From Naegleria gruberi (lineage: Eukaryota), in the NCBI GenBank assembly GCA_000004985.1, contig GG738875.1: a DNA stretch of 64,000 nucleotides; one strand, written 5' to 3'. The translations under genes were made by a program, and so were the position numbers. The notes under the pieces are model-generated. The model was not told the DNA's origin. It searched no databases and saw only the letters and a list, made by a program, of their open reading frames with translations. Shown here in pieces: positions 57,343-64,000 of this stretch; position 1 is the first letter of the stretch, and the number at the start of each line of letters is the position of its first letter.

Positions 57343-58512
57343 TTATTGACCTTTCTTTTCTTTGAGTGCAACACATGCCTTTGCAAACTGAACACACGTT
57401 CTTTCCATCCAAGAAGGAAGAGCTTTGTAAGGTGCCATACCATCTAACCAAGCAACGTGACCACCTCTTTTGGTTGTAGCTAAAATAGTGTTAGAATTTT
57501 TAGCAAAGTTAGAGTAAGGAATTACACCCTTACATGATATTGGATCGTCTAAAGAAGACAAGAAAAGTATAGGAACTTTAACATGAGCTACATCATCAGA
57601 GCAGCTGCATTGTTGGTAAAATCCAGATAACGAATCACCGCCAAGCAACACTTTAGAGACAGCATCATCAAATTCCATTGTTGAGCTAACTCGTTTAACT
57701 TGGTCAATTTTTACAGGAGTATTTTCATAGAGATGTTCGTGAGCAAGAATCAATTCCTTTCTCTTCTTTGTAAATACCTTGTCATAAATTAAATTATTAA
57801 TAAATTCAGTCCTGAGTCTTTCAGATGATCTTCCCAATTCGAATGGATTTGAAACTGCAATAGCAAAATCAATTGGTGTATCTGAGCCAACTTCTCCCAA
57901 ATATTTAGTCATGATATTTGAACCCAAACTAAAACCACACCCAATCATGGCCTTTGATTTTGGATATTTTGATTTGATGTGACGAAGAACTATTCCCATA
58001 TCCTCAGTTGTGAGTCCAAATATTGGTGTATTGAGACCAGTTTGGGCACCTCTGTAATTAACAACCACAGCTCTCATACAGGCATCCCTAACAGCATTTG
58101 AGACAAAATGTTTAATTTCAATTTCCTTGCTTCCACCACAAACTCCAGCAAAAACAATCATAATTGGTGATTCATCTGTAATTTCATTTTCCTTGTGTTG
58201 TTCCTCAATTGGACGATTATCATGAACCCAGTCAAGAATAATTCTTCCACCACAACTAAAAGTAAAATCTTCCGAATCATATGAAAACCAATTAATATCA
58301 GGTCTAAAAGCAACGTTGAAAATTGTTTGTAAATGTTCATTTGTTAAATAGGGTGTTGGACAAAATTCACTCCTCAAATTGTATGTATGTTTTACTAAAT
58401 ATTCAATATCCGAATTATTACTATCATAATATAATTTAACCTTTTCACAAATAAAGTACTTGTAATAGACCCAATAACACAATAGGCCAACTCCAACCCA
58501 AACCAGAAACAT
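57343..58512 (-). CDS. Alpha/beta-hydrolase, ABHD1/ABHD3 (YheT)-type
   Basis: ATG at 58512 and an N-terminal TM segment. Nucleophile elbow GCGFSLGSN (G-x-S-x-G). HG-type motif context (PIMIVFAGVCGGS). Overall order matches ABHD3/EMB8-like hydrolases. Confidence 0.75.
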   Translation of the reverse strand: MFLVWVGVGLLCYWVYYKYFICEKVKLYYDSNNSDIEYLVKHTYNLRSEFCPTPYLTNEHLQTIFNVAFRPDINWFSYDSEDFTFSCGGRIILDWVHDNRPIEEQHKENEITDESPIMIVFAGVCGGSKEIEIKHFVSNAVRDACMRAVVVNYRGAQTGLNTPIFGLTTEDMGIVLRHIKSKYPKSKAMIGCGFSLGSNIMTKYLGEVGSDTPIDFAIAVSNPFELGRSSERLRTEFINNLIYDKVFTKKRKELILAHEHLYENTPVKIDQVKRVSSTMEFDDAVSKVLLGGDSLSGFYQQCSCSDDVAHVKVPILFLSSLDDPISCKGVIPYSNFAKNSNTILATTKRGGHVAWLDGMAPYKALPSWMERTCVQFAKACVALKEKKGQ

Positions 58513-59501
58513 TTTTTAATTTTGTTATTTATATATTGCTGTGATAATGATGATGATGACTTGTTTTTGAAACACACAGTTTATCTTCTATGGAATGTTG
58601 AGTTAAAAAAGTTGATGTTTTTTTTGTTTTGTGGAAAATGGGTTTTCTTTCCATGAAAAGTTAGCTGTTTGAAAGTTTAAAGAACGAAATTGGCGGGTAA
58701 GGATTGAGGGGAACATGTCCGAATACAAATTCCCTTCTTTCTCATTCACCACCAGTTAATTTCCTTTCCACTTTGGCAATTAGATTATGACAACTTCTTG
58801 AGTTCTAAACTACTTATATACCATTTATTGGGTTGTCACTGTTATTCTTAAACCCTAGTTATTTGATTGTTTAACTCACGGGCTGCAAATAATGAAAGAA
58901 ATCAATTTATTGCTATTGGAATGAAGACCTCTCGTTGAGTTTTGAGATATCTTCCAATCGAAAAGACAAGCGAGTCCAACATTAGAGCAATTTATTCTAA
59001 ATTGAAAATTTCTAAAAATTGTTTCTATCCTAATTTGTATTTGCATAGAAATACTTCAAAAGAAATGCAATTTTTGATAACGACAATGTAATAATTAGCA
59101 GAGCCATTAGATAAGGTACTTTATAGAAGGGAATATTCAAACTATTCGCAGCCATTATTGAGCGGAATTAATCAGACACTGATAGAGAGTTTACAATGAT
59201 AATCCTGGTGAAGGATCGTCATCATGTGCTCCGTCCTTGCTTGTCGGAGTTGGTTCACCACCATATTAAAAAAAAATAAATTCATCCTCCAGAGAGAGAT
59301 ATTGGGAAGATACTTATTTTCTGTTGATCAAAGGTTTTTCAAAGAGGTCTTTTCAAATTTTGGATTATTTGTTATCATCATCATCATATATTAAATTTTA
59401 AAAATTGCTTTTAAAAGTTTCATAGCAATTATCAAGAGCTCCTAAAACTTACGCTATATAATTGCTACTAACGAATTAATTATTACACCAATGTGTATGA
59501 A

Positions 59502-60619
59502 ATGGGAAAAGATATGCACAAAATTAATCAAGAAAAAGAAGGATCCATTAATGTTATTGGCCAAAATGTAAATAACAACACTTCTGTGTTTCAATCATCG
59601 GATGAATCTTCAGCAGCTTTCATCAACTCTGACCCACTCTTAGAAGTTAATACATTAAACTCACAAATAGATGAATCACACCATCCTCACCAAGCTTCCT
59701 TTGAAGCAATGCCTTTTTGGAAAGACTTTGTTGCAGGTAATGTAGGAGGAATGTGTGGTATCCTTGCTGGACATCCTTTTGATACGCTGAAAGGTAAGTA
59801 TTTATCAAAATATTATTATTCATCAAAATAGTTCGTATTCAAACACAACCACACAAATATAACGGAACAATATTTAGTACATTGTATAGAATAATGAAAA
59901 ACGAAGGTATTAATGGTCTTTATAAAGGACTGTCATCCCCTTTACTAGGAGTTGGAATATTAAATTCTATTATTTTCGGAGTTTACGGAAACACAATGAG
60001 AGCTTTGGATGATTATCGTGGAAGAAATAGAGGTGTTATTACAAGTGATTACCTTTATTATGGCGATGTTTTTATGGCTGGTTCACTTGCTGGTCTTGTG
60101 AATACACCAATTTGTAGCCCTCTTGAATTGATAAAAACAAGATTGCAAATTCAAGATCAAGCTAAATCTGACCTTACTCATAGAGCTTACAGTGGACCAA
60201 CTGATTGCTTTATGAAAACATGGAGATCTGGAGGAATTAGAGGTATATTTAAAGGTTTAAATAGTACAATGGTTAGAGATGTACCAAGTTATGGTGCATA
60301 CTTTGTAATGTATGAATATCTGAAAGAATTATATGGTGAAAGTCCATTAGCTCTATTTTTAAGTGGTGGTTTTGCAGGAATAGGATGTTGGTACCTTTCA
60401 TATTGGTCTGATGCTATAAAGTCACGTATCCAAGCATTACCAGATCCTCCACATCCAGGTCACGATAAATACAAGGGATTTATTGACTGTTGTGTGAAGA
60501 GTTATAAGGCTGAAGGATATATGGTATTTTTCAGAGGTTTAAATTCATCTATTGTAAGAGCTTTTCCTCTTAATGCTGTAACATTTTTAGCTTATGAAAC
60601 AACTATGAAAATTTTGTAA
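59502..60619 (+). CDS. Mitochondrial carrier family protein (carnitine/ornithine-carrier-like); join(59502..59793,59832..60619)
   Basis: The first in-frame ATG is at 59502; the track start at 59493 is GTG. Exon 1 ends ...GHPFDTLK plus G at a GTAAGT donor. A 38-nt intron follows, then VRIQTQ..., completing the carrier signature P-x-D-x-x-K-x-R-x-Q. Two further repeats are present (PLELIKTRLQIQ, WSDAIKSRIQAL). Confidence 0.8.
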
Positions 60620-60807
60620 GAAATGTAGCAATATTTTGTAACGTAGTATTGTAATATATACCAAGTAGTATCAATTTAATTAAATAATTGTTTAGATTAT
60701 AATTTAACTTGAATCATTGATTTTCTTTTCCAAGATATCCAAGTAACAACATCATCACAATCTATCTAAAAGTAAAATAATATTATTTTTAAAATTAAAT
60801 TAAAAAA

Positions 60808-61596
60808 ATGTCCTTTATTCTTCATCATCCTTCGACATTGGTGATCGACTCTGCCATCAGAGATTGGGTCTTATTGCCAATTGTCGCTTTTATTTTGTTA
60901 TTTAGTATTTTGAGACATTATGCATCAATATATTTCAAGAGTAACAAGGAACCACCAGTTGATAAATTTACTCATTTCCAAACTTTAACAAAAGGACAAA
61001 TACTTGGACGTAATTTTAACTTTATTCCTCTTCAATCCTTCTTGACAAGGAAGGCCTTTTTCAATAGAGAAAAGGATGGCGAGTTTCGGAAAAAGATTGA
61101 AAATAATCCTTTGACCGCCATGGCTGATCCTAATAATATGACTGAAATGATGAAGAACAATGTTCAAACCATGGTTCCTAACTTGGTCATGTTTGGTTGG
61201 ATTTATTTCTTCTATGCTGGATTTGTTATTGCTAAATTCCCATTCCCTCTTTCTGATCGTTTCCGAGCAATGGTTCAAAGAGGTATTGAACTTCAAAGTC
61301 TTGAAACTTCCTATGTTACCAGTGCTTCCATGTACTTTTTGATTTTATTTGGTGTGAAGGGTGTTCTTTCATTGTTGTTAGGTGAAAATGTTGCTGATGA
61401 AGCTCAATTAATGGCCAATTCAAATCCACTTACTATGGGACAAATGGGAGCAACTCCAGGAGCAAATCCAATGTTAATGGTTGATTTTGGTAAAGCTTTT
61501 GAAAGTGAAAAGGATAATTTGGAACTCATTCAACATACACATGAGCCGCTCAATGAATCAGAATCTGCATTGTTAGCAAAATGGAAGACTCAATAA
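60808..61596 (+). CDS. ER membrane protein complex subunit 3 (EMC3/TMEM111)
   Basis: ATG at 60808. Colinear with human EMC3: IRDWVLLPIVAFILLFSILRHY (human [22 protein letters not shown]), QSFLTRKAFFN (human QSFLTRKYYFN), MTEMMKNNVQTMVPN (human LTDMMKGNVTNVLP), RFRAMVQRGIEL (human RFKGMLQRGIEL). Confidence 0.85.
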   Translation: MSFILHHPSTLVIDSAIRDWVLLPIVAFILLFSILRHYASIYFKSNKEPPVDKFTHFQTLTKGQILGRNFNFIPLQSFLTRKAFFNREKDGEFRKKIENNPLTAMADPNNMTEMMKNNVQTMVPNLVMFGWIYFFYAGFVIAKFPFPLSDRFRAMVQRGIELQSLETSYVTSASMYFLILFGVKGVLSLLLGENVADEAQLMANSNPLTMGQMGATPGANPMLMVDFGKAFESEKDNLELIQHTHEPLNESESALLAKWKTQ

Positions 61597-61980
61597 CATT
61601 TTTAAATATTTATTTTAATTTACTTTAAAAGGCAGTGGAAAATTGTCTCACTTCCTTATTTGCTTAAAAAAGTGCCTACTATCTTTAATGTTGATATTGA
61701 AATCTCTCGAATCTCGTAGCCATTCATGTTGATATCTTACATTATATCGTGTAATCTCAATTGTTACATTAATTGTGTTCTTATCCATTCCTCAATCACT
61801 TTCGCAACAAACCACGGAAAAAAAATTTGTTGGTACATCTCTCCTTGTCACATTGATTTGTTAGTGAAGAGAAGGTAAATATTAAAAAAGGATCTTTGTA
61901 GGACATTACATTGAAAAACCCTCTCTATCATTGTTGCGCATCCATTGGTCAATAGGAAAATCAACAATAAAAAAATAGAG

Positions 61981-63832
61981 ATGATTGCAGCATCAAACAA
62001 GCCATCATCATCTGGTGACCACCAACAAAATACAACAGTGCCAAAAGAAGATGCTGCCTTGAACACTAATAAGAAGGAAAATGTTGATCAACCATCATCG
62101 GAATCAACAAATAATGCAATTGATAAGAAATTTAGTAAAAATGTTGATGATTCTGATTCAGATCTTTCATCAGGCAGTGATAACAAGGATCCAACAACAA
62201 GATTTAATATTTTAAGGTCTACAAGTCTCAGAAAAGCCTATAAAAATTTAAAACAACAAGAAAGAGAAGAGTTTGATTTGGTTCAATCAGATGCCAGTCA
62301 ATCCGAAAGTGAAAATTATATTCCATCAAAAAAGACATATGGCAATGGTGTATCACTTTTGAAAACACCTAAAATTCCAACTACTGTTGCAACCCCTACG
62401 AAGCATAGTGAGACTGTCAGTCAAACCAATAGACTAGTTTGCATAACTAGACCTTCTATTCTGGCTAGAGACTCGGATAAACTTAATTCGTATAGAGGTT
62501 TCTTGAATTTGGCCATCATCATACTTGTTGGTATGTTTCTAATATTATTATTATATTTTGTTAAACAATTTAATAGTGAGTCACTTACGTTTAATGTTAA
62601 TTAATTTCAACAAGTATGGTATCTTGTTGAATACCCATGAATATGTAGCTGCTTTCTTGAAAGATCCATCAAATGGATGGGAAGTCATTCTCATGTTTGC
62701 ATCTTTGATTATTTGGATTGTTTTGGCTTTTGCAGTTGAAAAAGTTATTGCAATTTATATTAGAAACAAGTTCAGTCAATTGTTAACAAAGAAAGATCAT
62801 CAAGTAAGCAAGAGAAAAGCTTTATGGAGTCATATTTTGAAGAATGCAAGCTTTTTCTCATTCTGTTGTTACTTTGTGTTGGACACTACATTATTGGGAG
62901 CCACTATATCATTTGTATGGCTTTTTAATCCACATCCAGTTGCTGGTATGATGTTATTGACCTTGGGAACTATTGTATTCTTAAAGATGACATCATATGG
63001 TGTGGTAAATGACCATTTGAGAGAAAGAATGTGGGAAAGAAAGGCACAAAAATTGAAAACAATTGACACTGTTGCCACTGCTACTGGAATTTCTTGGTAC
63101 AAACAATATCCAGACAATATTTCACTCTATGATATTTTCTATTTTATGTTTACACCAACACTTGTCTATGAAGAATGCTTCCCTAGAACCAAGTCTATTA
63201 GATTCAAGGTTCTTTTATTTGATTGCTTGGAACTTTTGGCTTGCTCCTTCATTTTAATCTTCTTAGTTGAACAATACGTTATGCCTCTTGTTGAACACTC
63301 AGTTGAGCCAATGAGAGAAAAGGACATGTTACGTTTATTCGAAAGACTCCTCAAATTGACAGTTCCTAATATTGTTATTTGGATTGTTGGATTTTATATT
63401 GTTTTCCATTTAGCTTTGAATATTGTAGGTGAGATCCTATGTTTTGGAGACAGATTATTTTATCTTGATTGGTGGAATTGTACAGATCTATCCTATTTCT
63501 GGAGAACATGGAATTTACCAGTTCACAAATGGATGGTATTGCACATTTACCTTCCACTTGTAAATAATGGTGTTAGTGCATCTATTGCCAGCTTTTGTGT
63601 ATTCTTTGTGAGTGCTATATTCCATGAACTTATCATTTCAGTACCTTTCCATAAGGTTTATGGTTTGGCATTTATGGCAATGATGGTACAAATGCCATTG
63701 TCATTCGTAACAAAGAAATACTTGAGAGGAAAACAAATTGGTAATGTAGTATTTTGGATGAGTTTTATGATTGGTCATAGTAACACTCTCATTTTCATTT
63801 ACAATGATATGCACTCAGCAGCAAATAATTAA
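61981..63832 (+). CDS. Diacylglycerol O-acyltransferase 1 (DGAT1; MBOAT family); join(61981..62530,62577..63832)
   Basis: ATG at 61981; the track start at 61945 is TTG. Exon 1 ends ...SYRGFLNLAIIILV plus G at a GTATGT donor. A 46-nt intron follows, then V-SHLRLMLINFNKYGILL... (human DGAT1 SNARLFLENLIKYGILV). Downstream are FYLDWWNCTDLSYFWRTWNLPVHKW (DGAT1 [25 protein letters not shown]) and the active-site His in SAIFHELIISVP. Confidence 0.85.
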
Positions 63833-63840
63833 AGTCTTTA

Positions 63841-64000
63841 TTAAGAAATGTTAAATAATCTTACAAATTCATCGTATGATATTAAACCATCCTTATTAGT
63901 ATCTACAAGGTTAAATAATTGTCGAATCTCGTTATCTTCCATGACAATGCCTATACCCAACTTTGATGAGACAGACTTGAATTCATTCACAGACAAGAAA
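63841..64000 (-). CDS. EF-hand calcium-binding protein, C-terminal part only (the gene continues beyond the window end)
   Basis: Minus-strand translation ...FLSVNEFKSVSSKLGIGIVMEDNEIRQLFNLVDTNKDGLISYDEFVRLFNIS* with stop TAA at 63841-63843. D-x-N-x-D-G-x-I-x-x-x-E is a canonical EF-hand loop. Confidence 0.6.
   Translation of the reverse strand, partial: FLSVNEFKSVSSKLGIGIVMEDNEIRQLFNLVDTNKDGLISYDEFVRLFNIS

Noticed and set aside
1-64000. Prokaryotic, phage or defence-island interpretation (operons, CRISPR, RM/TA systems)
   Set aside because: Conserved proteins are interrupted by GT...AG introns. Genes alternate strands with A-rich aaaATG starts, and there is no RBS or operon structure. Products are eukaryotic-specific (14-3-3, symplekin, MCM9, USP14, importin-alpha, EMC3). 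No direct-repeat arrays were seen.

Overview
The window is a gene-dense eukaryotic nuclear segment, not prokaryotic. It is AT-rich (roughly 65-70% AT by eye), genes start with A-rich aaaATG contexts, introns are spliceosomal GT...AG and very short (38-166 nt, mostly 42-58), proteins are Q/N-rich, and TAA is the usual stop. The gene content suggests an amoebozoan, probably a dictyostelid-like social amoeba, but that is inference. Supporting genes include 14-3-3, MCM9, an AOAH homologue and a CAAX-box Ras GTPase. I resolve about 38 protein-coding genes, about 19 of them multi-exon, and one tRNA-Asn(GUU). There are no CRISPR arrays, operons, transposons or large repeats. Many of the ORF-track Met residues are GTG or TTG codons, so I re-derived true ATG starts. 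Identified products include a TOM1-like VHS/GAT protein, 14-3-3, a Ras-family GTPase with an 8-nt micro-exon, an RCC1-BTB protein, an NHL-repeat protein, a secreted RCC1-like/EGF membrane protein and MCM9. Further products are an SDR 3-ketoacyl reductase-like enzyme, TANGO2, symplekin, ribokinase, ATP synthase epsilon, an LSD1-like demethylase, Rab escort protein, an ARM-repeat protein, a ZnT/CDF transporter and an F-box/LRR protein. The remaining assigned genes are LPAAT, a GST-like protein, acyloxyacyl hydrolase, USP14, an importin-alpha-like protein, a MAPKK, an ABHD hydrolase, a mitochondrial carrier, EMC3, DGAT1 and a partial EF-hand gene. I found no clearly novel multi-gene system; this reads as an ordinary housekeeping region. 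The points most worth a second look are three conserved genes (NHL, a twin-Cx3C protein, REP) that each need a single-nucleotide frame correction, and an unusual extracellular RCC1-propeller/EGF/TM protein. Also worth checking are 6-13 bp spacings between convergent stop codons, a micro-exon and a 12-nt first exon that are easy to miss, and a tiny strongly codon-biased ORF.
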